64,000 nt of DNA from the NCBI RefSeq assembly GCF_009914755.1, contig NC_060939.1, one strand, 5' to 3'. Shown in pieces: positions 40,261 to 55,270 of this stretch (positions within the stretch are counted from its first letter, which is position 1; each line of letters begins with the position of its first letter). The stretch is from the human T2T-CHM13v2.0 reference genome, Homo sapiens. A program made the position numbers and the translations under genes. Under the pieces are notes generated by a model that was not told the DNA's origin, made no database searches, and worked only from the letters and a program-made list of their open reading frames with translations.

Positions 40261-41690
40261 GCTCTGTGGGTGCTGGAGGACCTTGGCAGCATGATGCCCT
40301 CCCAGGGTGGACCTGCCAGAGCCAGCGGCCTCGCACATTGCACGGCGTCTGGGGATGGACAGCCCAGGGCTGCAGAGACGACCTGCAACCCCGCCGTGGC
40401 CTTTTCATTATCACAGAAATAGCTTCTTTCACGTAAAATGATGTGAGCAAAGAGGACCCTGAACTGTGGCTTCAGCAGATCGCTTCTTGCCTGCACAGAT
40501 CTTCTCCAGGGGCCCTGATGTCTCAACTCCCTGGGCTGATGTTTATCAGTGAATTCAACGGCCGGCAGCAAGGGCGACAGAGAGGCCACTGAGGGAGGCA
40601 ATCCTGGGCCCCCAGGAGTCACCTCCAGTCTGATAGTCCTCTGCCCTGGGGGGATCCTCAGCATCCACCTTCACCTAGGCCTGGCCTCTGCTCTGCAATT
40701 CCCCAAGATCAATGCTCTGGAATGATTTTGGAGGCAGGCAGGGAGCCCCTCCCATGCTCTCCTTCTCCCTCTGGCTTCCATGAAGTGCACACAGGAGGCA
40801 CCTCACATTCCCTCTCTTCCTTTCTTCTCTCCCTCTTCCCGGAGCATCTCACCAGGGAGGGCCACATCTCTCTGAGGCTAGAGAGAGGGTGAAGACTTCA
40901 TTGTTTTTGGAAGCCCCTCCTCCTCCCACCATCAGTTCCCTGCCCTGCCCCGATATCATTGTCCTGGAGCTGCAGAAACGCATCGCTGGTCTCCCAAATG
41001 AAGTTCTTGCTCCCAGCAAAGGAGGGTCAGGTGTCCCCCACTCTCCCCCCAGGGGCCCCCGCCTCTTGGTGGATGGTGAAGAGCTCCGGTGGCAGGCACA
41101 GGCCGCTGGGACATACCACTTCCCCCAGCCCACCCCCAACTTCCCAGGCTTCCTTGGGAATGGAGCTGGAATGAAAGCTGGGAGGTCGTGGGCCCTGAGT
41201 CTGGTGGCCAGGCCTGCAGGGGTTCCATCAGGGTGAGAGAAGAGGCCAGTCCTCCCAGCGTGGACCTGCCAGAGCCTCCGGCCTCCCACATCATGTTGCA
41301 TCTGGGGATGGACAGCCCAGAGCTGCAAAGGTGACCTGCAATCCCACTGATGGTCTTTTCGCTGTTGCAGAAATAGCTGCTTTCATTAAAATGATGCCTC
41401 CCAGGGCAGCCAAGGCCAGGGCTGCTGCCTCAAGGACCCTCAACCAGGCGTAGGTCCCAGGACAGCTTTGTGGCTAAGGAAGCCAGTGCATGCTCACCAA
41501 GGACCCCTATGGGCCCGCTGTGTCTAGGGGACATGATGTTGGCAACCCAGATCCCTGGGATTCTCCCCACTTGGGGCCACCATGGCGAGAGGAGCCACAG
41601 ACAGCTGAGGGTGGAGGCCCTGTCTGCGCCATATTTCCTACAGGATGCTGGGAGTGAGCCTTCAAGCTCATCCAGGCCAGGCTATTGCAA

Positions 41691-41978
41691 TTTTTTTTTT
41701 CCTTTTAGAGATGGGGTCTCAGGCTGGAGTGCTATGGCAGGATCACAGCTCACCGCATCCTCAAACTCCTGGGCTCAAGCCATCCTCTTGCCTCAGCCTC
41801 CCAAGTAGCAGGGACTAGAAGCACACACCACCATGCCCAGATAATTTTTAAAAACTTTTTTAGAGATGGAGTTTCACTCTGTTGCCTAGGGTGGTCTTGA
41901 GCTCCTGGGCTCAAGCCATCCCCCTGCCTCAGCCTCCCAAAGTGCTGGGATTACAGGCATGAGCCACGGCACCCAGCT
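41691..41978 (-). mobile_element. AluJ
   Basis: CTCCTGGGCTCAAGCCATCC in both arms. Confidence 0.92.
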
Positions 41979-44257
41979 AGGATTTTACTGATTTTTGTTT
42001 ATAAAAACCTTTTTCTCAAAAAAAAAATCTGACCTGGACATTCAATCAGTGAAGCCTTCAGAAGGGCAGGAGTGGGGATGCGTGCCCCTGAGTCTTGCCC
42101 ACTCTTTTCTGAGAGCGTTGGCAGGGCCCCGTGGCTCCAAAGGACTGAATGAAATCCTCTGGTTTAGTCCAGTGTGGGGATGCCCATTCTACAGGTGAGG
42201 AAACTGAGGCTATGGAGACAGAGTGTGCCTACGCAGACGTGAGTGGCTCCTGCTGCCCCTGTCCCTGGCACTCCTGCCCTATCTTTCACTGGAAATCATT
42301 CACATGGCTTCTGCAGCCTGCAGACCGCACTCTGGCCGGCTCCCACCGGAACCCTGACGCGTACCATATTTCTGGTCTGACAGCCAGCCGTTGTAAAACT
42401 GAACCTCCTCCTTGTAATCGCCAATAAGTTTCCCCTTGGAGGAGCTGACTTTGAACTTGCAGAGAACAAAGACCCCTTTGTGGCTTGCTTTTGGGAAGAG
42501 AGATGGGGGGAGAACTGCATAAATAATATGAGAAGCAGCAACCCCAATTATATTTTGTTACCTTCTCTTGTGAATATGAAATAAAAACCACTTTATTTTG
42601 AAAGCTGCAGGGGAGCTAAGTTTCTCCAGCCTGGACGTGGAGGCCCGGGGCCCAGGGCCGGGCCAGCAGGACAGTCACTGTGGTTTCGGGGGCAGCCAGG
42701 CCAGCTGTGAGCACATCAGGCTGTACTGGCCCCGCCTGGCCCAGGCGAGGCATCATAAAACATGGCATGAGCCGATTTCTTTCCAGCTGCAGGAACTCCA
42801 ATTTGTGCAGGAGGAGGGTCATTTCTTTACCATTTGGGGCTGGAAAGAAAATGGCTTTCTCCCCTCCTTCCCCCACCACTGTTCTCAGCCATGCGTGTCT
42901 TCCTGAGTTTCCCTCCAGCCTCTTCCTGCCAACACTCCACGCAGCAGGGCCAGCCTGGGGCCCCTGCAGGACTGGCGTGGGGGCTGCAGCTGTCTTCCCA
43001 CCGCTCCACCCTCCCCCAGCACAGGGAAGTCTGGCCCGGCTCACTGCCTGCGGTTTCTTCATACACTCCATGTCCTGACAGCCTCGTGGCCTGTGCCCAC
43101 GCTTTCTCCTCTCTTTGGCAAGCCCCATTCTTCCCTTGAGTTAAGGTGTCACCTCCTCTGGGAAGCCCTCCCTTAGTCTCTTCCCACCCACCCTTCCAAT
43201 ATTCAGCATAGGGCAGCGTGGCTTTGTCTCAGTGACCCTTCAATGGACTGAGGTCGTAACTGAGGACATAATTCATCCCTGGGCCCCCAGCACACATCAC
43301 AGGGCCTGAGTCAAGAGCAGCCTGTGGGTGGATGGTTGAGGAAGCCCATATTCTTCTTACTGCATGCTTCCTGGTGCTTACAGTGGGCAAGGCTCTGTCA
43401 ACCACAAGCCATCTTCTGTAGGAAAAAAAGGAGAGGGGACTTGTAGGTTAATATAACTGAGGCGTCTGAGTAGGTGGCTTCAGGTATGGCTCTATCCAGG
43501 GCCTCTCTATCTCATCTTATCACAGGTAGGCCTCCCCTCATGAAAGGAGCTAAAAAGATGCATCCTACTAGCTCAGCAACCCTGTAGCCCTGTAAAGGGA
43601 CAGTCCCTCTGTTCCCATAGCTTGGCAAGGTAAATGCTCTGTCCCCACCCAGGCCAGGAGGTCTGGAGGCAGAATCTCTTCTGGGAAAGCAAATTCTCTG
43701 GCAATTTTTATGAAGCAGACACCCGAAGAGGGAGGTTCAGGGGACATAAGAGACTTCCCTTCCACTCATTGTGCTATCCAGGATGGCTCTGGGCCTGAAA
43801 ATTCAAATATAATATTGTATATCTCCTTAATTAAGAATTTATACATCACCTACTTCCAAAAGAGATCCAGGCCACAATATAACTTTGGCTTTGCTTGTAA
43901 TTCTTCCAAAGAGCTTCATGGAGCCGTAGCTTCCATGGAGAGAGAAGTGGAGTGATGGGCCAGAGGCCATTGGCAAGCGTGGCTTTCTGATTGGGGCACC
44001 ACCTAAACCAAGATTTGCCTTCTAAAGTCGAAGACTTGCTTTCTTTCCCACTCTCCCAGAGGAAACTAAGAAAAAAGTGAAATGTAAGCACTGCTGCCGA
44101 AGCTGCCTTTGCCCCACGACCACCGTCTCGTCCCAGCTCATACCTCACGGGGTCAGATAGCTTCAGTCTTCCAGCGAGAGAAATCCTGGTGCCCCAGGCA
44201 CCTGGGGAGAAGCTCACAGTTACTGTGGCTATTGTCGCTGTTGGTTTGAACTTTCTA

Positions 44258-44739
<482 letters not shown>

Positions 44740-44846
44740 ACTATGTATATATAGCATATATATATATATATATATATATACACAGTGGGTGTAATGGGTC
44801 CGGAGAGGGTGTCTGGACCCACCACCTCTCTGGTGTCCAGAGAGGG

Positions 44847-45240
44847 TGTCCTAGTCTATTCAGTCTGCCGTAACAAAATACCTAAGCCTGGGTTATTTAT
44901 AAAGAACAGACTATTGTCTCACAGTTCTGGAGGCTGGAAAGTTCAAGGTCAAGGCGGCAGCAGGTTCTGTGTCTGGTGAGGGCCCAGTCTCTGCTTCTAA
45001 GATGGTGCCTGTTGCCGTGCCCTCCAGAGGGATGAATGCTGCATCCTTCCTCACGTGGCGGAAGGGACCGAAGGGGATGAACCCGCTCCCTCAAGTCCTT
45101 TTCTAAGGGCCCTAATCCCATCCGTGAGGGCTCTGCCTCATGACGCAGTCACCTCCTAAAGGCCCCACCTCTTAATACTACCACATTGGCCATTAAATTT
45201 CAAGACATGAATCTTGGGGGACACATTCAGATACAGTACA
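44847..45240 (-). mobile_element. MSTC/MSTD-like MaLR LTR
   Basis: CTCACAGTTCTGGAGGCTGG...CAAGGTCAAGGCGGCAGCAG...GGGGGACACATTCAGATACAGTACA. Confidence 0.88.
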
Positions 45241-46236
45241 GGGCAACTGACAACCCCAAGGGCAATCCACAGGTAGGTGGAGAGGCGCCAAACAGGCCTG
45301 AAAGACAAAGGGCCTCACACTTCTTGGCTACCCCATTCAATCCGCAAGACACTGAGAGAAGGCGACATGGGGCCACGGAGAACAGGGACAGAGGCGCTGC
45401 CCTTCCCAGATGCAGGCGTTCAGCTCTGTCAGTCAGTCCCAGGAGGCGGGGTTAGTATGCCCACCTGTCAGTCATTCTCAGGCTGGTGGGGAGCCCCCTT
45501 CCTTATCTGGTTGTCCTTCCTTGGAGCCTGGCTGCCCCACTGCCTGACCTTAATTCTCAGGGAAACAGGGAACGGTCAGGGGCAGTGAGGGCCCACAGGA
45601 GCTTCAAGGCCGGGAACAGCCAGTGGCACAATTGGCTCAGGCTCCGGGGCATCCAGGCCAGGTAGCAGCCTGCAGGGGGACCTGCGGGACAGCGTTCAAG
45701 GGCTGCCCTTCCAAGACAAACCTCTTCCCTGGGACAAAGGACAGGGATGTCATTCCGCTTTCATTCACTCATATGTAGCTGGAGGTTGGAGGCCATGAGA
45801 TTTTCCTGCCACCTTCTCTCTGGGCAAAAGATTTACTTGAGTGTGCCTCCTGGCCTATCCCCTGCTCTGAGCCCACAACTCCCCACCCCACGCCGGGCCC
45901 TGCTGTCCCTTGCTCCAGTCCTGCCCCAACTCTTCCCTGACTAAGATGCCACATGTTTGGGACTCTGCTCAGCAACTAGCATGCAGGCACAGCACAAACA
46001 AGACACAGACCCCAGCTTTACTCCACAGTACTCCATCCTGTGACTGGCATCTGAATGGGGGAGCACGCTGCTGTCCTATCCAAGCCAAGGGCCATTGGCA
46101 CAACATGTGTTGTGCAAACAAGCAGTTGTCATAGTTCAAGTAAAGACAATGGAGAGAGACCCACATCCCCGGTGGGCTGAGCCCAAGGGAGCTGGCACTA
46201 AAGTAGACACCATTAGACCATTAGACACCTCATTAA

Positions 46237-46916
<680 letters not shown>

Positions 46917-48730
46917 TAATTCTGTTCATTTGAATGCCATTCCTCTTTTCACGCTGTTTGTATTTAACTTGCAAATGGCTCTTGGTGGTATGATTCTATC
47001 ACAGCTGTAAGCATAAGAGGGTTATGCCTGCTTGCAGGTGTTTATGTACTTAAGTAGCAGTATAATAAAAATCATTTAAACCAACACTAGGGGACCAAGA
47101 GAATCTTTCCCCCTAAAATGAGGGTGGAAAGTTGTCCTCCATTATTTGAGTTTGAGAATCATGTGATAAAACAATCAGCTTTGATGTGTCTACAGCCATT
47201 AAGTGACTTAATGAGGAGATGGCCCGGAAGAGGATTGAAAGCATGGGCTGCTCGGTGTGAGCCCACACTCCTCTGTGAGCTCTGACCTGAGGAAAGGGAC
47301 TTGGCCTCTCTGAGCCAGGTTTCACATCTGAAAACTGGGGTCAGGGCCTCTGTCCGGGCCAGCTGTCACTCATGTGTCTGCGGCAGAAGCCTGATAGGTG
47401 GTGGGTGTTCCCTCTCCTCTGGGGTTACTCGGTCCAGGCTCCTCTGACAGGCACAGCCTTGACCCATGAAAAGCCCTTCTCCAGAGGGATGCCAGGCCCC
47501 ATATCAGGCAGGACAGAAGAAAGTTTTGTTGGGGGCCTGGGGAAGTGGCCCCCAAGACCCTCCAGGGCCAGCCTCCCGTTTGGCTGTGGGGCAAGAATTC
47601 CAGCACCCAACAGTCTCAAATCCAAGCCAAAGCATGGCCTCAGATCTACCACGTCCTCAACACTACCACGGGGGACTTGCTCACCCCTCACTCCAGGGCC
47701 AGCTCAGGTGGGGGCAAGCAGAGGGTGACCAGCAGGTGTAGCCTGAGAGCCGAGGCCAGCAGGAGGTACAGACGGAGTTTGAAAGCGTCAGAGCCCATCT
47801 GGCTGAGGGAGTCACATGTGCAACTCAGAGCACCCCGGGCCTCCTGACCTGAGCAGGGGTCAGCAGGTGCCCATGCCAGACCCAGGTCCTCTGTCCCGGC
47901 CGCCGTGCCTGGCAGCCGCTGATGAGCCCAGCGTGAGGCCGGTGAGCTGGGCCAGGTGGGGAGGTGGCGCGGGCCAGGCAGGGAGACTGGGAAAGGAGGG
48001 CTTCGGGCGTCTCCGTGACGAGCTGTGGTTGCAGGCTGGCCTGGCTCCCAGCGTGGCCCCCCAAATCACGGGCCTCCCAGCTCACCCTGGACACTGGGGC
48101 ACCGGGCCCAGAGTCCACCCAGCAGGGGCCAGGAGGATTTACTGACAAGGCGAAGGTCTGATTTATTTTTACTTTTCAGGGTTGCCCCCACCAAAATGAA
48201 GGCTGCTATTAAACCCGCAGCCACTAAAAATAAATATTTAAACGCCACATTTGTGCAGCTGAGCCAGGCTGGGCGCGCCTTACAGGCATGCCATTTCCCT
48301 CGGGTGGCTGGGACAATGACACCCTCGCACGTCCGGGAGCCGCAGCCCTGAAGGGGCCGGGCCTCAGCCCAGTGAGAGGACAAATCCTGCTGTCCAAGAA
48401 CATCTTTATTCCCCAGTATCTGGGGAAAGCAGCAACTGGCTAGAGGAGGGGACAGAAGGAGACCGAGAAAGGAGAAGCGTCTCCAGGGAGTCCTCCCCTC
48501 ACGAGGGCGCCAGCAGCCCCGAGACGCCCCACGGCCCGGCCTGGCTGCCTCACTCCAGCTGTGCGGGTCCTGCCGAGACACAAGACAACACGGCCCTGGA
48601 CACAGCGAGGTCAGAAACCAGACGCAGCAGGGACTGCGCGGGCTGGGAAGGCTGGGCCCTCCAGCTGGGAGAGGGTTGCCTGGAGAGAAGGAAGTCCCCA
48701 GGCTGCCAGCGACCTGCTGCTCCTTCCCAA

Positions 48731-49135
48731 GCCCAGGATTTCCCAAAGCAGCTTTTCCCTTCCAGACGCTGGGGTGCAGGGCCCAAGACTTCCCAAAACA
48801 GCTTTTCCCATCCAGAGGCTGGGGTGCAGGGCCCAAGACTTCCCAAAACAGCTTTTCCCATCCAGACGCTGGGGTGCAGGGCCCAAGACTTCCCAAAACA
48901 GCTTTTCCCATCCAGACGCTGGGGTGCAGGGCCCAAGACTTCCCAAAACAGCTTTTCCCATCCAGAGGCTGGGGTGCAGGGCCCAAGACTTCCCAAAACA
49001 GCTTTTCCCATCCAGACGCTGGGGTGCAGGGCCCAAGACTTCCCAAAACAGCTTTTCCCATCCAGACGCTGGGGTGCAGGGCCCAAGACTTCCCAAAACA
49101 GCTTTTCCCATCCAGAGGCTGGGGTGTAGGGCCCA
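48731..49135. repeat. 50-bp minisatellite, 8 copies
   Basis: Unit GCCCAAGACTTCCCAAAACAGCTTTTCCCATCCAGA(C/G)GCTGGGGTGCAGG at 48731+50n. Confidence 0.99.
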
Positions 49136-49164
49136 TGACGGTTCTGCTTTAGTGTCGGGGATGA

Positions 49165-49400
49165 AAGAGAGGGAAAAAGGGCTGGGAGAGAAACAGAGAA
49201 ACAGAAAGAAAGAAACAGACAGAAGACACAGAGACACAGAGAGAGGAAAGAGACAGAGACAGAAAGAGAGCAGAGAGAGACAGACACAGAGAGAGAGAGG
49301 CCCGGGGAAGAGAGACACACAGAGAGAGAAAAGAAATAAAAAGCAGGGGTGTGGAGTGGGGCGCTTAGCGACAGAGGAAGAGGAAAGAGGGGGAAAGAGA
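49165..49400. repeat. GA-rich low-complexity tract
   Basis: Degenerate (GA/GACA)n. Confidence 0.9.
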
Positions 49401-50649
49401 CCTTGCTCACGGTGTACAGGGCTAGTCAGGGAGCGAGAGTGGCGGGCAGCCCCTGCCCGGACTGCTGGACCCCTGAGCCTCCCCCTGCAGAGCAGCCTCC
49501 CTTACCATGTGGGAATGGAGCCCCCAGCCACCAAGGACCCTGGTGGACCAGACGTGGTCTGGTTGAGGACATCCTGGGTGACCAGAGTCATCCAGACCTT
49601 CCAGGTGGGACTGAAGAAGCTGCTGCTCGCCAGGGACCTGTAACTTGGGGTGCACTTGGAAATAAGGTTTTCGATATTTTGTGAATAGCACAAGTGTTCT
49701 CCCCCTGTATTTTCATTAAAGCACTATCAGTTAGTTAAATGTGCATCTCAATGCTTGTCATCCTGTTTTGTCTGTCTCTGGCTTTCTTTTTTCATATACT
49801 AAAAACCTCAAAAACCAAAAGTGGCCAGGCCCCCGTCCACCCGCGGCTCACTGGGTAGGCTGATGTGGCTCTCTAAGTGCCCTGGCTAAGTGCTCTCTGA
49901 CCTAAACAGATCCCAGGTCCTAGAGCAGCCCCTGGGGAAGCCCTGCACCTCACAATGTTGACACCTTTGAACTCTGTTGCCACTTAAAAGTCACTGGAAC
50001 CTGGGACCCTGAACACCAGGGGGCCAGGGGAGTCAGCCGGCGGCAGCCCATGGCAAGGCCACCAAGCTGGGGCTGGGCAGCTGGGAAGGAGGGGCTCTGA
50101 GGCAGGTGCTCAGCCCACCTGGGAGGGCTGGCGGAGGTTCCTGAGGTAGCACCAGCTTTGGGCAGCAAAAGCCGGTAGCACTGAGACACTCCGGGGGACA
50201 CGTATCACCAAGGCCCATCCTGCCCCTGACCTAGCTGGGCGTTATTATGGAAGGTATCTCCTTTTCTGTCCTCTCCCACCCTCTGAAAATATCTTCAGAG
50301 AATCAGTATGAAGAGAAATAGTTCCCCTCACTATTCCATAATACAGCCCTTTTACATATTTTATCCCATCTGATGTTCACAACAGCCCCACCCTCACTCC
50401 CATTGCTTGGGTCTCTGTGCTGCTTCTCAAACACCCCAAGTCCTTTTCTGCCCCAGGACATTTGCACGTGCTCTTCCTCTTGATATTAATACTCTTCCCC
50501 ATGTCTCATTCCCTCTCTTCATTCAGGCCTCTATTAAATGTCCTCTTCTCTGAAGATGCTTACTTTACAACCATGTGTGACTATCCAGGAAAATTCTCCT
50601 GTTCTTAGGAAACACTCTGGCATGTTCAGAGATTGCAGTGAATTAAAAT

Positions 50650-50960
50650 GTCAGAGATTCTTTGCAGATTCCTTCCATCTTCTCCCATCAAGAGGCACAG
50701 GCTAGTTCCCCACCCCTCTAATCTGGCCAAGCCTTGCAACTTGCTGTGACTCATAAAGAGTGGCACAAGAGACACCATGTGACTCCAAATAAGGCCTTAA
50801 GGGGCCTTCCATCTTCGCTTTTGTCCCTCTGGAACTCCGGTCCCTGTGAGAAGCCCGAGCCAGCCTGCCGGAGGGGCACATGGAGGAGAACCAAGGCCCC
50901 CAGGCCAACTGCCCCAGCTAAGTGCTGGGGACGTGAGGAGGACAGTTGGGACCCGTCACA
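50650..50960 (+). mobile_element. MLT1-family LTR fragment
   Basis: CTCCCATCAAGAGG...CTTGCAACTTGCTGTGAC...GAGAAGCCCGAGCCAGCC. Confidence 0.6.
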
Positions 50961-51079
50961 AAGTTTAGAGTGATTTTTAGGAAGGAATGTCAAACTGTAA
51001 CAAGAGGGAAGAACAAAGGCCTGCCACTTAAATTTTTGAAAATAAGAAGTTGAGGGAAAACAGAAATAAAACTTCAAGT

Positions 51080-52625
51080 AGCTACATCTATGGTCAATTG
51101 ATTTGCAAGAAGTGTGTCAAGATAAGTTGATGGGGAAAGAATCATCTTTTCAAAAAATGGTGCTGAAACAAAAGGATGGATTTGGACTACTGTCTCACAC
51201 GACATTAAAAAATTTACTCAAAATGGATCAAAGACTTAAATGTAAGAGCTAAAACTTAAAAACATCTCAGAAGCAAACAGACGTCAATCTCCTTGACCTT
51301 GGATTAGGCAATGGTTTCTTTAGATTAGATACCATCAGCAACAAAAGAAAGCAAACCACCAAGAAAGTGAAAGAACGATACAAATAATGAGACAAAATAC
51401 TTGGAAATAATGTATCTGATGAAGACTTCCTTCTAGGATGTATAAAGAATTCTTAAAACTCAGTAATAAAAAGACAAAATAACCCAATTCAAAAATGACT
51501 GAAGGAATTGAATAGACATTTCTCCAAAGAAGACATACAAAAATGGCCAATAATCACATCAAAAGTCATTGGAAAGGCAAATCAAAACCACAGAGGCTGG
51601 GTGCAGTGATTCATGCCTGTAATCCCAGCACTTTGGGAGGCCAAGGCGGGCAGATCACTTGAGGTCAGGAGTTCGAGACCAGCCTGGCCAACATGGCGAG
51701 AGCCCATCTCTACAAAAAAATACAAAAAAATTAGTTGAATGTGGTGGCAGGTGCCTGTAGTCCAAGCTACTCAGGAGGTTGAGGCAGGAGAATCGCTTGA
51801 ACCTGGGAGTGGGGGGATTGCAATGAGCCAAGATTGCACCACTGCACACCAGCCTGGGTGACAGAGCAGAACTCTGTCTCTGGGAAAAAAAAAAAAAAAA
51901 AAAGGAACCGCAGTGAGAGACCATTTCACACCTACTAGAATGACTCTAATTTTTAAAGGGCAGCTAAGCGTTAGTGAGGATGTGGAGAAATTGCTGGGAC
52001 TGGATATACACTCACAAAAGGACGAATCCCTTGGCGGTTGTTCAAAACGTTAAACATAGTTTCCACATGACCAGCAATTCCACTCGTAGGTCTATGCCCA
52101 GGAAAAATGAAAACCTCCATTCACACAAAATCTTCTACATGAATCTTCATGGGAGCATGATTCACAATGGCCAAAAGGTGACAATAACCCAAATGCCTAG
52201 CAGCTGACGAATGGAGAAGAAAATCTGGTATAGCCATACAAGGGAATATGATTCAGGAAGGAAAGCAAAAGGAAGGGAATTCTGACATGCTACAATATGG
52301 AAGAACCTTGAAAACATTACGCTAAGGGAAAGAAACCAAATGCAGAAGTCACCTATTATATGATTTCACTTCTATTAAATTCTGAGAATAGGCAAATCCA
52401 TGAAGACATAGACTAGTGGCTGCCCAGGGCTGAGGGAAGTGAAGAGTGACTGCTCGTGGTATGGGGTTTATTTTTCAGGTGACAAAGATATTCTAGAATT
52501 AGATAGCAGTGAAAGCTGTACAACCTTGTGAGTACGGTTAAAGGAAAAAGAAAAAGCAAACACTGAATTGTATACTTTAAAACAGTGAATTTTATGGTAT
52601 ATCAATTATATTTCAGTAAATGAGA
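51080..52625 (+). mobile_element. L1MB-type ORF2 3' end and 3' UTR
   Basis: AAATGGATCAAAGACTTAAATGTAAGAGCT, AGACATTTCTCCAAAGAAGA, CACTGAATTGTATACTTTAAAA. Confidence 0.92.
51595..51903 (+). mobile_element. AluS inserted in L1
   Basis: Full-length with long A tail; TSD-like AACC(A/G)CAG. Confidence 0.95.
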
Positions 52626-52783
52626 CAAAACATCTGCAAAAGATAAAACTTGGGCAACTACTATATTTTCTCTAATATTTAATTTTCTTGATTTGTTCCT
52701 TAGTTTTAAATTAATAATTTAAAAAGAACATGTTTCCAATTTTAAATATATCATTCCAATGTAGTAAAATATTTCATATATGA

Positions 52784-53136
<353 letters not shown>

Positions 53137-55046
53137 TCTTATACTGTTTTAAATGTTAAACACAAACAAGACTTCAATGGTCACACAGAATACAGAATTG
53201 AAGTAACTTAAGTTCCGAATCTTCCTCTTTCCGATCACTGTGCTATTGTTGCTTCGTCAAATCTGCTGTTTAAATGTAGGAATTCACAGCACCCTGGGGC
53301 ACTGGAGACGTGAATGATGTCCAAAGTGGCTTCAGACGGCTCACAACTTACTTTTGAAAAGCACATTTCTGGACCGACTTTATACCTGGGAGTTCTGAAA
53401 TTAACTTTCACTTGGAATACAAAGCTTATCAAAGGATAATAAATAAAATCATGTTGATTTGAAGTATATATATATATACATAAACCCTCACAATTGTTTA
53501 GAATTTAGATCAACAAAATATTTTCCCTGGCAGGAGTATTTAATCATGCCTGGTAATTAGAAAAACAAACAACAGCAACAAAAACACCAGTCGTCTGACT
53601 TAGTAGATTTTATTATTGTGACTTCAGTGACAGTGTGTCACCTCGCTGCCTGAACCCAGGCCCACAGCTCCCACTACCCCGCCCTCACTTTCTATTTCCC
53701 TAGCGCTTTGAAGATTCCATTTTACCCACCGCAGGAGAACATTATGAGGCTAGGTAATATAATCCCCATTTGACAGATGAGAAAGCAGGGGGCCCAGAGA
53801 GGCTTATCCAAGGGCCAGCAGGAGGGGACAGAGCCTAGAAGCTGGTTCTGCAGGGCTCAGCTCCCACTTCTCAGGGCACAGTCCCGACTAGCCCCTCTTA
53901 TTAGTGACCGTGGGTGGGTCTACTCCCCACAGTTCCGGCTGCCAGACTTACCCAGGCTGTGCCTCATCCTCGCAGTACCTACCTGCTCTCAGCTTGGAAA
54001 GAACCTGGAAATTCATTCACACCCAGGTTCTGAGGGCTGCTAACAGGCTCCTTTCCCAAGAGGTAATTGCCTTTATCAAAGAGGGTGCTCTTTAATGAGC
54101 TGAAAGAATGCCTCTGCAAGTCGGGCCTCCTCCCTAGGCTGCTGGGATCACTGGTACACATCTGTTCTCCCCCATCTCACCTCAGGAGTAGTTTGCTCCC
54201 CAGGGAGGAGCCCTGCCTGAGAGTAAATCCAAAGAGACGTCCCACAGTTAACTCAGCCTCAAAAGCATTTGGAGTTGCAAACTAAATGACATAGTCTCAT
54301 GACTTGTGTCTGATTCTGTGGATCTAAGAAAATCCAGTTTCTCCCTAACTAACGCCAGCATCCTACAGCCTAGCCTCTGCCTGGTGAACACAGACAGCCT
54401 TGCCGGGGCCTGGCAGAAGGAGTGCTAAGAGGACAGGGCCTCACAGACCCTAGAAGTGGGTCTCACCCTTCTCAGCTCACTCAGATGCTTTGTCTCCAGA
54501 GTTCTCAGATTTACAAAGCTTAATGAGTGCCAATTTACTCATTATTGTCCTCCCAGGCCTCACAACGCATTAAAATCCTTCTGCACAGACAGATTAGGAG
54601 ACAAGCCTAAGGAAAACGTACATCTGCTTTAAAAAAAAAAAAATGCAGTTTCAGGTTCCACTTTACATCAGCCAGGGTTTAGTTACAGGAAACAGAAACC
54701 ACTCTAACAATTTTAAGCAAAAAGGGGTTTAGACAGGAAATTAGGGGCTTACCGTTTTATTGAGAGGCATGGGCCAGGCCTATTGGCGTGGTGCCCGGAA
54801 AAAGGCCTGGGGACCAGCCGGCTGGGCTCTGCTAGCCTGACTCCACTCAGCCAGGTGGGGGTCGGGAGGCTCCCAGTGCTGTACCATACCTGCCTCTTGA
54901 CCCCACAAAGGGACTGAATGGACCCTGGAACGCTGCCACAGGAAAAACAACCACCACAACTTTGCTCGCCAGCAGAAACGGCCAAAAGCAGCAGGAGGAG
55001 AGTCTTGGCCTCTGAATCATAGTGGTGTGCGAAGAATTGGCAGGAC

Positions 55047-55270
55047 TATGGATGTGCTGGAGCTGGCTCAGCCTAGTGACAGCCAACGGTGCACGGCAAT
55101 TCCAATTCCAGGTCCAGGGACACCAGGGGATAGCAAGATTGAAATTGACCACAGTGGATATATTTACACCATGGAAATCAGCAAGCACTAACAGCCGGGT
55201 TGCTTTTGTTTTGTGTTGTTTTTTTGTTTTTTTTTGAGAGCTGGTTGTTAAACATTGACCACCGGGCATA
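55047..55270 (+). mobile_element. MER63A-like hAT-Blackjack MITE
   Basis: TGTGCTGGAGCTGGCTC...TTGAAATTGACCACAGTGGATATATTTACACCATGGAAATC...GAGAGCTGGTTGTTAAACATT. Confidence 0.8.

Noticed and set aside
40291-40443. Possible C/D box snoRNA (ATGATG ends) in the duplicated unit
   Set aside because: No proper RTGATGA C box paired with a terminal CTGA D box and stem.
48066-49643. Long ORFs of 235-360 aa on both strands
   Set aside because: They arise from a stop-free 50-bp VNTR plus a GA-rich tract; the peptides are frame-cycling repeats.
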